DNA from: Spizellomyces punctatus DAOM BR117
Lineage: Eukaryota
Reading direction: 5' to 3' (one strand)
Assembly: GCA_000182565.2 (NCBI GenBank)
Contig: KQ257475.1
DNA: 64,000 bases
Shown: positions 35,463 to 49,040 of the stretch, in pieces
Position numbering within the stretch: the stretch's first letter is position 1
How the letters are laid out: each line of letters starts with the position of its first letter
The notes under the pieces: model-generated
The model's database searches: none
Seen by the model: only the letters and a program-made list of their open reading frames with translations
What the model was told of the DNA's origin: nothing
Translations under genes and position numbers: made by a program

Positions 35463-38044
35463 TCAATACCCGACAGCTGGCAACGGCACGACACCACTCC
35501 TCCCTGCTTCATCAATCCTCATCAAAACCGTGCTCAAGTTATTTGGCATGTGATCGGCAGCCATCGAGATGGAAATCTCAATCTCTTGAAACTCTTCAGG
35601 GGATGCCCACACGGGGCGATAGGTATCTCTTCTTCTCCGTGCTTGAGATCGTGGGCGTTTACGAAAGCATTTCGAAAAGAAGCTGCGACGCGTCGTGTAC
35701 TCTGGTTCAGAGTCATTATCAAAATCGTCGGAAGCTGGACGGGAAAGGAGGGCTACGGAATCAGAGCTGGAGGGAAGAGTGGAATAGGAATCTACTGATC
35801 CAGGTATCCGTTCTTTGCAAAAGTAGAGGACGCGTCCAGGTAGATATGTTGTGGGATATTCATCGTTCCAACTTCTCTTTCTCCTCGACCGGTGTTCGCC
35901 AATTTCCACATCCCTCCACGCCCCATCCATTACATTCACCTGCGGCCCATCCAGACCACCATCCTGTCCAGCCCGTCGCTCATACCATGGCGCGCCGAAA
36001 CATTCTCCCAGCAAAAACGATCCCAGTACGCGTACTTTGTGCTCATTGCATGTATCTATCAGATCATTCACTTGTTGTTTGAGCTTTTCTACCGTGTTGC
36101 GATTGAGACGGGGGACAATGTCAGAGCCGAGGACGACAGATGTACAAAACGTGGCAAAGTATGCATTAGCTTCGTGGGTAATCATACATCCAGGAGGTGA
36201 ATATGCAATGGCACGAGCGGTGGGATAGGAAGTCGTCCGAAGAAGGAAAGCCAGTAGGGCAGCAACGCCCTAAATACGTCAGGGATATGAGCTTGTTGGA
36301 TTCCCATATGGCAAGTTTTCCGCATCACAAAAGTTCACTTACCCCTCCCAGCGAGTGGCCACAGCATACTAAGCCATATCCTTTATACCGACTATTCTCC
36401 TCCAACAACAGCCTCCTCAGGGTGCCTGAAGCCTCCAGCTCGTCCTTCAAATTCCTGGCCGTTCGAAACATCCCAGCATGTGTGTAAGCCTTCACATCAC
36501 CAGCAAGCCCAGGAACCGTTATTTCTTCCAAGTCGCAATGCAAATCCACCAATACATCCGCCGTGGACAAGGTACCTCTAACGGCAATGACAATCGTCTG
36601 ACGCGGGTGATCAAAGCATATTGCAAACGGAGTGCGAAAGAGGCCTCCTTGTAGAGATAGGTATATGAGATCGGCATGTGGGAGTTGGTCCGAGAGAGTC
36701 GGAGATGAGGGCAGGCAGGGAATGCAGGATGTTGCAGTAACTGTGCGGATGGCGGCAATGGCGGTGTCTGGTGGTGCGCGGGACCATGGGCAACAAAGAT
36801 GATATACTCCACGTGTAAAGTTGGTAAACATAAATAATGGTAGCCCGTAAATGGACTCTGCATATTGATAAAAGTAGGTAATGTCTTGGATATCTTCATA
36901 TCGGGGAATGTCCAACGCTGTGGGCGCAGGAAGGGTAACAGATATTCTTGGGGACGTGTGTTCCGAGCTTGATCGATTTACCAGCGATTCTTGAACTGCC
37001 AGTGATACCCTTCTCGTCCCCATTGCGTGCTCTTCCGATCCGGAAACGCGGGCTCCCAGTTGCTCACTCGGCCATTTCTTCCCGCTCATCAAAGCTCTAG
37101 CAGCCTGCTGTTTCCGCCTCAAAAGGACAACGCCAACCAAAATATCACTAGGGACTGTTTCCACATCCTCCAAAAACTCTGCAAAAATCCTCGCAACATC
37201 CGATAGCACATCGGGTTCGTCCCCGCCGGACCCACCATCCACGGTGCCCGATCTGGAATGCGAAACAAAGAGAAAACTCAACCGCGTTCGCCAGAGAGCG
37301 GTGCGGTCGATGCTGTCAACATTTAGGGGTGTTGATCGGAGGTACAAAAGAAGAACCGCTATCAGGTAAACTGTCACCGCGGCGGTACTCAGGTATATCA
37401 AAGAATGGATAAGGAAACCAATATGGGAAGCTGGCGTGCATATGAGGGGATCTGAGCCAAGAATGAGGTGGAGACCGTAAACCTGTGTTGCCTGAGAGAA
37501 ACGAGAGGCGTTGTGTATCAGTAGATATCCAAATGTGTTGAGCAACGGGGCGGGAGCTGCGGCTTACCCTAACCTACCAGCTCCAAAAGCATTAACCCAG
37601 AATGACAATATATGGGCTTACTGATTGCTCAAGAGACCACACATCAGAACGCAGGCATAGAGTTCTCAAAGAACAACCGAAAGAAAACGAGGCACTCACT
37701 TGATATGCCTCCTTGGCCTCGGGTCCGCAACGGTTCCCTGTAGCGACAAATACGCAATACACGTTTCTGCCACTAATTCCATAACAAGAGTCACGACGCT
37801 CATGACAAGGTACGTTTCAAGACCATTTGGATTTGTGCATGTTCCTGGTGGGTTGTTACGGGTTTGGTGGTATACCACGGCTGCACCTAGGAGCCTGCCT
37901 TCGAAATGAGAACCGCGATCACTATATAAGGAAGACGCAAGTCACAGACCATATCGAGTGCACAACAAAACCATACAAGGCCGGGAAGAAGAGATCATCA
38001 CTACCGACGTGCCATCGTCGGTTGAAGAGAATCAAGCTTGGCAT
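35463..38044 (-). CDS. Diacylglycerol lipase (DAGL alpha/beta-like, lipase class 3, N-terminal TM helices)
   Basis: MPSLILFNRRWHVGSDD N-terminus, IAVRGTLS, THAGM, GHSLGG, AYSPPG, DIVPRL, DHMP. Confidence 0.9.
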
Positions 38045-38120
38045 TTCAACATTTGTCAGGACGAAAAGTAAAGACTAGGCAAGAGTGTCAAAAAGTCCGC
38101 CTGCTCATGGTCATGCGTGA

Positions 38121-38153
38121 GGCACAGTCATTTCAGAATATAATGACTGTGCC
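38121..38153. promoter_or_regulatory. Perfect 12-bp inverted repeat of GGCACAGTCATT, 9-bp spacer
   Basis: GGCACAGTCATT-tcagaatat-AATGACTGTGCC, 77 bp upstream of the lipase ATG; CACGTG at 38157-38162. Confidence 0.6.
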
Positions 38154-39120
38154 GTACACGTGTCGTTGCTGCTGACGTGATCTGCTTGCGGCTGCATCAA
38201 CGACGACGTCTGCGATGGAGGGGCAACTTCAAACAAAATGGAAATGGGATGGAGAGTGCACAAGTGTTGATTCCACATGCATATGCAGTACTAGCTAGAT
38301 CTTCACTTTCAGTACGATTTGGTGACACTACGTATCGAACGGTTCATACGCCTGGCAAAACGTGAGTGTTTTAAAGCTCCCATGCGATCCACTATCGCAC
38401 ATGGCATCCGATATGACATGCTGATCACTTGCCGTACGTCGCATACTCTTTGGCTGTGCTATTGCTGTGCATAGTTTTGGCTGTCTACTCGCCAGCGTTT
38501 CCAAAATGCTCAAATAGATCCCATTACGCTGCTGACAAGCCCCCCTGTGACCGCGCCACCTGCGTGATATGCCACGTCAACTCCTTTGTCGCTTTCCCAC
38601 CGTTTTTCACCTGCTCTTTTCTATGCTCCACCTTTGCCAATACGTTTGAATTGCCGCTTGCGGACGAGGACGGAGAGAGCAGCAGAAGCAAGGATTGTCA
38701 TAGTGTTAACATTGTATTGTTTTTAAGGTAAGCAATTATGCATAGCGGGCAAGCACAGAGCCGACAGAACTGACAACACAGTTGCGTTCTTTTTGGTTTC
38801 CGAGATGGCAGACGAAATGGAGTTTCACGATTTAGTCCAGGTGAGTTGGATTTACATGTATGGGACAAAACCTGCCAAATTGTCGTATGGAAACATGGCA
38901 GAGCTGGAACTTTAGAGAGCACATCAGAGTACAGTAGAGCTACCATCCCGGCTATCGCCTATTGATTGTCATACTGCCCCCTCTTGACAACCTGCCTCCC
39001 ATATGGTTTGGGTTGCTGACGCTCTTGTCGGTGCTCAAGGTTGACTGGGCTGGTGAAGACGGCGAGCTTATTGTGAAGTCACCGCCTTCTCCTCCTTTGT
39101 CCTTTCATAACGTGGGAGAT

Positions 39121-40622
39121 ATGGACAAGGAAGAGATGCGCGAAAAGGAGATTACTGAACAAGAGGAAGAAAACGTGGAAAACAGTTCCGAGGTGTCGAC
39201 TGACGGCTTCGATGATTTGGGTGTTTCTGAGGAGCCTGTTTGTAGTGCGAAGGAAGAAAAGAAGATCGAAGACGAGCCTGTCATCCTTGTACAGAATCCG
39301 GTGACGGATTTACCTGCACCAGCTACTCCTGCTATGCCAGTTACCATTCTGTTTACGGGCCATCCTCTTCCACCGAGTCATCCAATTATAGCAAGCTTTT
39401 GCCACGTGGCTTCACGGACACGCATGTATACACTCACCACTCTACCGTCAGGCGTAAAACCTACCATTACCTTGCATGTCATTGCGGACTTGAATGCTCT
39501 GTTTATTTCTGCCATGAATGGCACTCTTGTCGAGACGGCAGCTCGGTCTCCGATTTTCCTTCCTATTGTTTGTCATTCGGCCAACACCGACAAGTCAACC
39601 CAAGGAACTATTACTTTGGCGGTACGCAGAGGATTGGCAATCTGTGGCATTGAGTATGTGAAAAATGGCACAGGCGGAGTGTTCACTGAGCGAGAGATTT
39701 GTGGGATGAGTAGGAAGCAGATCATGTCGATTGTGACCAATGGAAAGATCGAGGAGGATGAAAGTCCAGGCTACAAGTTCCGCGAGTCATTGGACATGGC
39801 TTTCAAGCTTGGCGGGCCATGGATTTTAGGCCTCTTGATGAGCTGGCTGTTTGTATTTGCGGTGTTCACTGTGTGCAGCTTCCATCGGGGAAGTGCATTG
39901 GGAGGTGTTCGCAATCCAGGGACGATGATGCCTACCAACGCTCAGCAAGTAGTCGGTATGGTTGACAGGGTAGTGAGCGCGATTGTGGAGGATTCTGAGA
40001 GTACCATTAAAATGGAATGGAGTCCATCTTTGGCTGAAGTTGAAAACGGTGAGCACATCAAACGCGTCGACTTTAAAAGCAATTCTTTGACATCAGCCAT
40101 GCAGATCATCCTTCGCCAGTACCATCTACAATGGAGAGTGAAACTTTAACCCCATCTATCCCAACTGTGGCTAAACAAGCTGAGCAAGTGGATAAGACAG
40201 AATGCAGTGAAGAGGCTACAGAACAAACGGGCAAAGCGCCGGAGGATCAAGTCATCGACCAAAATTTGGAAAAGCATGAAGCTGACGCGGACAATGGACC
40301 CAAGAATTTCCCGCAACAAACTCCTTTTAAACCTCTGATCAGTTCAGTTGCACTCACTCTTCCAGCCGCGGTTGTTCTTCCAACTGCACATGCCCCCCCT
40401 CCACAGCATATATTACCATCGAAAACGGGGAACACCACGCACACCACACCACTCATCACCCTGCCCGCATCGCTGCCGACACTCTTTAACGCCTTGCAGG
40501 CAATTTTCAAGGTAGTCATGGTACGGTGGAAAAGAGGTGTAGCGCGTTTGAAGGAACAGATGCAGGTTGAGGGAAAGATGGTGGTAGAGTGGTTAGACAA
40601 ATGGTGGAATGGCCATATTTGA
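39121..40622 (+). CDS. Hypothetical membrane protein, one predicted TM segment
   Basis: Two ORFs joined in phase by intron 40049-40104; hydrophobic WILGLLMSWLFVFAVFTV; start uncertain. Confidence 0.7.
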
Positions 40623-41489
40623 TGAGGGAGTATGGCGTCTCTTGTGGTGGTGAGAAGTCTTGCGTACGATCGCAGCAGGCCTTGTACAATAATTGCAAAC
40701 TGGTGAGTACGAGAGATTTTGTGTAAAGAGGCGGTGGTTAAAGTTGCGGCGTAATCTCTTGCTCTTTTGTCTTTTGTGAGTTGTGGCTTTTGTATATATG
40801 AAAAACAAAACATATTGTCGCTTTTACGATAGCATTTGGATACGAAACGGATCGTCAAGTGGAGATGCTTGTATTTACTCAAGTCCATCAAGAGCGAGCA
40901 ATGGAACGGAAAGCTCACCCCAAATGTCCTCCTGGCGCACGACAATTAAATTTGGGACACAAGCGCAAGAAACCCCGTGCTCCTCAAAGTGGTCCTCCGA
41001 TGGGCATCATGTGAACAGTTGCGGAGCCCAGTCTGTCAGCCGGATGCACACACACACACACTTTTGTTGTTGAGGCTGTCCAGCGGCAACAATGGAAGTG
41101 CCGTTAGAGATGAAATCTGGTTGTCTTTTGGCCTGGCAAGAAATCTCGTCCGCGTTCATTCCTTTATTTTAGGGCGCTTACCCCCATTGCCATGATGGCA
41201 GTTTGATTGACAATTGTGTGTACAATTCCATTCGTTGTTGGGTGCAGATAAAAAAAAGGCCTATTCTTTTTATATAAAGTCCTTTTTGACGGCCTCATTT
41301 AAAGGGCACGTTGACATGTCTCCCCCCCAAAACGGCAAAGTTGGAAATTGTGGTGTAGAGTCGCATCTTAATTATCCGCCCTTTTTAACAAAGCCTCATG
41401 CATTTCCACTAGTTCATTGTTTTTTTTGGACATTACAAACGTTTGACCAAGTGATTTACTGAAGCAAGTCTCTTCTATTGGGTTGGCAC

Positions 41490-42640
41490 ATGAACGTTGA
41501 AGTATTAGGATCGTCTCAACGTGGTGAAGGCGTCCACGCACTTGGAGGAGCTCCGCCATCTGAGCCAACAACGACAACACAGTCTGCTCCCATTGCTTTG
41601 ACATTAGACAGCCCAGTTGAAAGACAAATACCCATACAGGATTCTGCGCCGAACCAACCAGAGACCGCACCTACGGCAGCTATTGAGGATGAGCCGCCCG
41701 CGGTAGCCGTGCCCATTGTGCCACTATCTGCAACACCGCCGCCCTATGGACAAACCGAAGAGCAGAATCGTAAGCTCTTTGTGACATATCGGAGTCGGTT
41801 ACGGCGGACGTACATGTTTCCTGTGCTGACTTGGGTGCCATCGTTTGGACTTATCTTGGTGGGTACACCTGAAAACTGTACCTTGAGCCTGGTACTTATG
41901 TATCCTCCTAGTACTACGCCATCGTTGCCAACAGTCAAAACCTCTACACCTGGCTCGCAGTCGGACTATGGGTCGTCCTACTGTTTTGCACGTACATTGC
42001 CTATCGTTCAAAGTTTCATCGGCTCAAAGAAGTTTCTCAGCTCGGGCTACTTGCCTCGCTTCCAGAAGAGGAACTCAATGACATTGTCATGAATGGCGCA
42101 AACGTCCGACCTCCACCCCAGTATGATGATATGTTGATGAGATATGATGAACCATTGCCCGCCTATCCGAATTCCTCAACACGAGCGGGGAGTGTGAGGA
42201 GTCTACGGAGCGTCAGAAGCACTAGAAGTATGCTGACGATCAGGAGTATGACGAGATGGTGGGCTGCTCCACGTACGGGGCGGCAGATTGTGGAGATGGA
42301 CGAGATTAGGGTCGATGACATTGTGTCAGAGCGCGAGCGACAAGGCAACCTACCGGGATCGGTGCAGGAAGATAACTCGCCAGCAGCAGCGGGATCCTCG
42401 ATCTCTCCACAATCGCATGATGTCATAAATGACAGTGTGAATCCTACCGTCTGTAGCGTACAGCCCAATGAACACGGATCGTCCAGTCAGATGAATGATA
42501 GAACAGTATGCATCGTTCCCTCAAATAGCCCGTCGCCCGCAGTGCCTTCGTCAATAGGCCGCATAGGACCGCCGCCGTCGCCTGGCACAGCTTTCGAGCG
42601 AACACGTCCTGACCGGGCTGCATGTGCTGCGTTGGTATGA
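41490..42640 (+). CDS. Two-TM membrane protein with PY motifs
   Basis: Intron 41859-41911 gives two hydrophobic helices; PPPY, PPQY and LPAY motifs. Confidence 0.75.
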
Positions 42641-43208
42641 CATCCGATCAAATCTGCTCTATGGTTGTTGGTAATACCTATTTTGTGGCAGCAATTTGTT
42701 GTTCCGTACAGCGCAATTTATATATTTGTTGATAGTATAGTTTTTTTCTGCCACATTCTAATTTCTATGTGTTTGTATTATTGCTTTGCGCTAGTATGTG
42801 AACCTTTGATGAAAAATAAATGTACAGTGTGTTCTTTTTTTTTGCGAGTTCTGTCCAGCCTTATGTCTAGACATGTGGGTTTAATGACATTTGGTAGGGC
42901 TTTCATACATCAACAATACCACTCCAGGAAACATGCCTGTGCGTTTTGATCTGCTCAACACAGCACTAGATTGCCAAGCACTAATGTCAAAGCACCTCCG
43001 CATGCAAATACCGTCGCAAAGAACCGCATCCCGTCGCTGGTGTTTTCGCCTTTCGCCTCGATCCAGCGCTCAACAAGGGTTTCTAAAACGTGACCTGGCT
43101 GATGTAAGCAGTGAAATATTTTGAAGGTTTTGGACATCCTTTGCGCAGGTGCTATCGTTTGCGACATTGCGCACGACAGAGGCCACTGCAAATGCACCAC
43201 TGGACAGG

Positions 43209-45315
43209 ATGGTAAGTGCAAAGGAACAAGCGGAAGGAGGCAACATTAAAAGTTCCAAGGATGCTAAATTCCAAATTTTTTCTTGTACAAATAAGCCAAA
43301 ACTACGACCCTTCAAGGATATTGCTGTAGAGATCAGGTCGAGATGGCCCTACTACGTGTCAGACTGGGTCGACGGTTTCACAGATAAAAAGGTCCTCGCC
43401 GCTGGTGTATTTATTTGTGAGTAAGAGAGGGCCGTAGGTATGAGGCGGATGTAACTTTCAAGGTGGGCATGGACTGATAAGCTCACATGGTTTGCTTCTT
43501 CTTTTCCGGCCAGTTTTCGCAAACGTTGCGCCCGCCATCACGTTTGCATTCTACCTCGACGATGAAACGAAATCTGCCGTTGGCGTGTCCGAAGTCCTTC
43601 TGTCAAGTGCCATTTCCGGTGCTATCTATGCCATACTTAGCGGTCAGCCGCTGGTCATTATTGGCGTGACAGGCCCAACGTCGATCTTCACTGTTACAAT
43701 AAACGCAGTGGCCAGATCGATAGGTGTAAGCTTCCTACCCTTCTATTCGTGGACAATCCTGTGGTCGGCATTTATGCACTTGATTCTGGCGGTTGTGGGT
43801 GCCTGTACACTGGTCCGAATTGTGACAAGGTTTTCTTGCGAGATATTTGGGGCTTTGATTGCTGTGGTGTATTTGTTAAACGGTGGTAGGGAAATCGTAA
43901 GGGAATTTTCAGAAGGCACATTCGAGGTACGCTTGGTATAAGTTTCTTTTTATGAGCATTGTAAAGTAGTTTTAATGATCTTTCTGCATTTCGGTTTAGA
44001 CGGGTCTTTTATCCCTCCTATTTGCGCTGATAACCCTTTGGCTTTCCATGCAACTTGGCGCGGCCCGGCACTGGCACTTTCTTCGAAGCTGGATGCGCGC
44101 CCTCATTGCGGACTATGCCATCCCCATCAGTGTCACCCTTGCAACTGTCGTATCGGTCGTTATTCCACGTGTTAATCACGCTGGTCTTTCCCGGTTGAAT
44201 GTTCCCTCCGATAAGCCTTTCTTGACAACCACAAATGGTCGTTCTTGGATTGTGGAGCTTGACGATATTCCCGTATGGGGAGTCTTTGCGGCGCTCATCC
44301 CTGGATTCATATTGACGATTCTGTTCTATTTTGACCACAACGTTTCCTCCCTGTTGAGTCAGGTACATTTGATGTTTCCGTTCGCATAGGTGTAGTGACC
44401 GTAAAATGCTAACATGGCACTCTTTAGCGCCCAGAGAACAATCTCTTGAAACCGTCCACCTACAATTGGGACTTTTTTGTCATCGGTCTCACCATGATTC
44501 CGTGTGCTATTTTGGGCATCCCTCCCTGCAATGGTCTGATCCCTCAAGCACCTCTGCACGTGCGAGCTCTCGCTAAAATTCGTCAAAAGCCTTCTGTTCA
44601 CCATCCAAATCGCCTTGTCGAGGTGTGGGAGCGCGTCCAAGAACAACGTGTGTCAAATCTTATGCAGGCGCTCTTGACATTTGTAGCGCTGATTCCACCA
44701 GTCTTGGGCATTGTTGGGTTCATTCCCCGTGCAGTCCTTGCCAGCCTTTTCTTGGCTATGGGGTTTGCTTCATTTGTTGGCAATCAATTTGCCCAACGCA
44801 TTGCATTGTTTTTCGCTGATCCTGCGCACGCGCGATTGGTGTTTTCTCACCTTCATGCGGTTCCGTTTTCGGCTTGTGCCAAATTGACTGCCGTGCAATT
44901 GGTCTTTTTGGCTGGAACTCTTGGTGTGACGGAATCAGGAAACGCCGCAGCCCTAAGTTTCCCGTTGTTTATTGCGGCGCTGGTACCTATTAGATATTAC
45001 GTTCTGGGTAAATTCATCCCGGAGCGGTATTTGGAGATTCTTGATGCAGACGATGGACGAGAATTCATTACGGACGCGGAAGGAGCAGGGCGAAGGCGAG
45101 GTCGAAGTGGGAGCCATTCTGTGGAAAGGGAGCTGGGTCCTGGTACGGGAATGGAAGGCATCGGTATGGGTGGTGGTTTTCATCCAAGACCATCCAGTGA
45201 GGATGAAGATGAGATGGTGGAGGAGATTGAGGTAAAGGTGGAGGAGGAACTGGATCCCAATCAATCATCAGAGGGATTTGTCCCAAAGAATGTTGTCCAT
45301 AGAGGACGTAAATAG
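43209..45315 (+). CDS. BOR1: SLC4/BOR1-type borate or bicarbonate transporter
   Basis: RWPYYVSDW, GQPLVIIGVTGP, TRFSCEIFG, LFYFDHNVSS, GLIPQAPLH, VQEQRVSN; three introns; start uncertain. Confidence 0.93.
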
Positions 45316-45679
45316 GTTTTTTATTTATATTATGACATTGAGCATGCGATACTCGACATTAAATATATAGGACTCTTTGTATGTACGCAGATGTATTCCA
45401 TGCAGCTGTTTCTGAGATGGCGAGTGTTGACAAGCAGTGGATGGTCCATATGAAAAGGGGACAGGTGGAAAAGGTTGGCAGATCCAAATCCTACATTTGC
45501 CTGAAAGAAGATGAGCAATTGCCGCACATGCCCGAGTTTGAAAGTCACAGTTGCTGCTTTCATATCCATTAAAAAACTCAAGTGTCTAATTCAAAAGCGT
45601 CTATTTCAATATCCATCTCGGTCAAAATTGCAATAATACAATATGATAACGCATCCATCAAAAATACAAGTAGATCCCG

Positions 45680-46477
45680 TTAATCCACTTCCCACACTGG
45701 TCTTGTTCCCGGTGTCGCTCCAGAGTTTGGACTCAATGGCCTTTCAGAACCTCTAACCGCCTGAATGATCGCCCCAAAAATGGAATCCTCAATCTCCCTC
45801 GCAGCCATCCGGGCGGACATTTCCCGTCCAGCCGCAATCAATGTATTCCCTGCACCCTCGTCCTCGTCCTGCAACTCTTCGTCGCTTCCTGTGCTATTAG
45901 TGTTCAGCCATCGAGAACTTGAAAGGAACCGAGGAACGATTGAGTGTGGCGATGAAGGTATCACCGCTTGTGTGGATGTAGCCACAGACGTCCCAGTCGG
46001 ACGATTACTGTTTAACGTTCCGAATTCTAAGCGCAAGGTCCCACTCCGCCTTTCACTACTTTGCATCGTCCCTGAGCTCGTCGTAACAGGGCCGCCTCGT
46101 AGACTAGCAGGTAATGCCGCCCCCGCAAATCCACATAAAATCTCCTCCTCACTCCAGACCCCACCTTCCCCCTCGGTACCATCCCGTCTCCCCCGTCTAG
46201 GCAATTCAAACCACTCTTTCTCGACCGGACTGAGGCTAGTCCAGACCACCTGTGTCAGGGCTTCTTTGGCAGGTATGCTCATCCGGGCAAGCATGAGGTC
46301 AAAAAAGAGTTTGGTTTCCCGAGGTGTAAAGCAGGAAAAGAGGCGGAGGGCTGCGTCGACTTGAGGAGATGTCGTTGCCCGGTGGTAATAGTGGGAATAC
46401 GGATTTGTGTGTCGAGGACTTTGTGTGGTGTTTGTTGGGGTACGAGGTTCTTGTAGATCGTAGGCGAGTTGACCCAT
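45680..46477 (-). CDS. Hypothetical protein, 265 aa
   Basis: Long ATG-started ORF convergent with BOR1; no recognised domain. Confidence 0.6.
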   Translation of the reverse strand: MGQLAYDLQEPRTPTNTTQSPRHTNPYSHYYHRATTSPQVDAALRLFSCFTPRETKLFFDLMLARMSIPAKEALTQVVWTSLSPVEKEWFELPRRGRRDGTEGEGGVWSEEEILCGFAGAALPASLRGGPVTTSSGTMQSSERRSGTLRLEFGTLNSNRPTGTSVATSTQAVIPSSPHSIVPRFLSSSRWLNTNSTGSDEELQDEDEGAGNTLIAAGREMSARMAAREIEDSIFGAIIQAVRGSERPLSPNSGATPGTRPVWEVD

Positions 46478-46873
46478 GGCTACAATGACGCTGGATAAGT
46501 TGGAGAAAGGAAAAGATGACCGTTTTTAGGTACGAAAGGGAAGGCTCGAAAGAATATATCGTAAACCTAACTCAATGATCTCAGAGTTATCACATATTTT
46601 ATACTGAAGGCTGTGCTGCTATTTATATCTTGATCAAGTATTCACGCATAAAGAGTCCTATACATAGCCCCTTCGACCCTCAGCGAGCTCCCAAAGGAAG
46701 GGGATATTCCGCTATTCCATCCATTGCGCCGCGACATTCTGGGGTAGGTTATGCAAGGTTATGCAAATCCAACAAAATAGATCATCCATCTAATCTAATG
46801 CAGATCTTCAAACTTGACATGGTCTACCCCACCGCTATGAGCTATTCAAAAAAACAAATTACCCCTAGCTATC

Positions 46874-48435
46874 CTATGTACTTCTCCAGATGCTCTGAAA
46901 CCGCCGCTGCCATGTCTTCCACTCTCCAATAGCAGCCTGCCGATATTGCTTATTTAGAGTCATGAAAAGAATAGGATTGCAAAGTGTGTAAGAAATCGCC
47001 GTAACATAGGATAAGTAATCTGCCCAGACGGGAACCGGCCGCCATGTAACAAGATTGTAAAGAATGACCAAGAAAATGGGGGTCATGAGTACGTAGTAGG
47101 TTGATATGATGATAAATGCCTGTTTAGCGAGTGCATAGGCGATTACGTTGCTTTGGTGGGCAAGGCGGTCTTTGTGGGATCGACTTTGGCGTTCGCCGGG
47201 TTTCTGGAACAACCTCGTCTTGACCGTTCCTGCCAATGACAAGTGAGAGCTTGATAGCTTCACATTGGAAAGCCTACTAGGAAATGACATGAGACTTTGT
47301 TGTGATGTAACGGAGGGTAGTTGGTTTGCATTTGAAGATTTGATCAAATTGGGGTCGGACCCATTGCCCGCTGGCCGAGGGATCGGAGGAAGTGCAGAGA
47401 TACTTCGAGTATGATGGTCCGTCGGCGGATGTTCCGGGACCTCTGGTGATGATGGCTGCTTATGTCCTTCTTCATCCGCGTTCGGAAGAGGTGGGACCAT
47501 CATAGATGGCGTATCTCCCTTTTCAAGAAACGATACGGCAGCCATGTTGGTCTGGGCAAAAGTAGATCCACCAGCGAGGGCCGTAGGAATCAAACCGTGA
47601 ACTTCTTTTGACGAGTTGACGAATGTGCTGTAAATGCGCCAATACATCCACAGAGTTCCCACAAGTACTATTCCGACAAAAAATACGCCTTGACTGGCCC
47701 ACACGGCGCCATGCCATGTCCCAGTGGACCCTGGAAGCATTTGTGGTTAGGAGAGACCAAAATCCTGGTTGATGCCTCCTGTAGCAAATATACTTACATG
47801 GCGGATTGCACCAAGTAGCTCCCGGATTAACCCCAGCGGCCCGCCCAAACACAAAGGGAAGCTAAAAGCAATAGAGATTTTAAGTAACTTATCATTTGCT
47901 GTCTTCTGGCAAGCAATTTGGTTCTTACCGTGGCGCAAGACAAGGACAGCACCAAAATAAGTGCAATCACAATCTTTATGTGTCGCATCGTTACCGTCTT
48001 CCTCCACACGATAGTCGCATACCGCTCCAGGGTGAATGCAAACATCACGGACTGAGCACAACAACCCCAGACTCCGTTAGTGAACCCCTGAATCTGGCAC
48101 GTATAGTAACCGCCAATATGATATCCCCAGACCAACGCCGTGAAGTGCCGAAACCAGGTATCTCCATCCGCGATGAGATCAGTCAGGCAGATACTTAGGA
48201 CAATGGCCTTGGCTGGTGCCATGGGCACTTTTCGCATGACCCAGAGGAAAACCAAATTGATGGTACATGATGTGAGCGTTAGGCTGAATCCCACAGTGTT
48301 CCACACTTGCTGCGTCTGGGTAAGGCGATATGGTAGATAAAAGGCGCCGTGGGACATCCCCATGGGGATATCGTCAAGTGTATATAATCCATCTGCATCG
48401 GGAGGCGGGATTCCTGGGTATTGACTTTGAGCCAT
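46874..48435 (-). CDS. Class A (rhodopsin/opsin-like) 7TM G-protein-coupled receptor
   Basis: TM2 LTD, CQIQGF, ERY, EL2 TWCNPPW, TM7 NPILF..NKQYR; introns 47862-47928 and 47731-47797. Confidence 0.9.
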
Positions 48436-49040
48436 TGGCAAAAAAACGCAGGGAAGAGTTGAGAGATGGTCTCTTCAGCCGCTTACAAAAGGGCGAGTGG
48501 ATATTGGACAATCATCCGATATCAAAACAAAACATCGGATGGGTAAGAAAAAGAAAATAAACACTCACTTTTTCAGGATACGGGTGCACTATTTATATCT
48601 TTCCGCCACGATCCCTCTCAAAACGTGATTAACCTTGGTAATGCGTTTAACTGTGCTTCATTTGCCAATAATAGATTTACTCTACCCGCATTTCCCTATT
48701 TTACGCTTACGCGGCGATATGGAACAAAGCGCCTCGGGCAATAGGAGACGGATGTACCAAGTTTCTAGAGGAGCAGAAGCCCTTACTCTAAGCCCTGCTG
48801 CCCGGAGAATGTCTTCCTTGGGCCTAGAAAATATGTTCCTTACCAGGCTGGTATCTAAAAGCAAGTTTCGACAAGAGTCAGCCTTTTCAGACTACATGGA
48901 ATGTAAATGAGAAATCCAGTGTTGGAAAATAGCCAGATTCAGATTTCAGTCGATAACATCAAAATGTGCTACACCACAAATCAAATGCAGCCAAGTCAAC
49001 GAGCACCAGGAATTTTGTGCAGATACATTAAGCTTATAAT

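Noticed and set aside
40049-40149. Overlapping ORFs suggesting a programmed frameshift
   Set aside because: Intron 40049-40104 joins them in frame.
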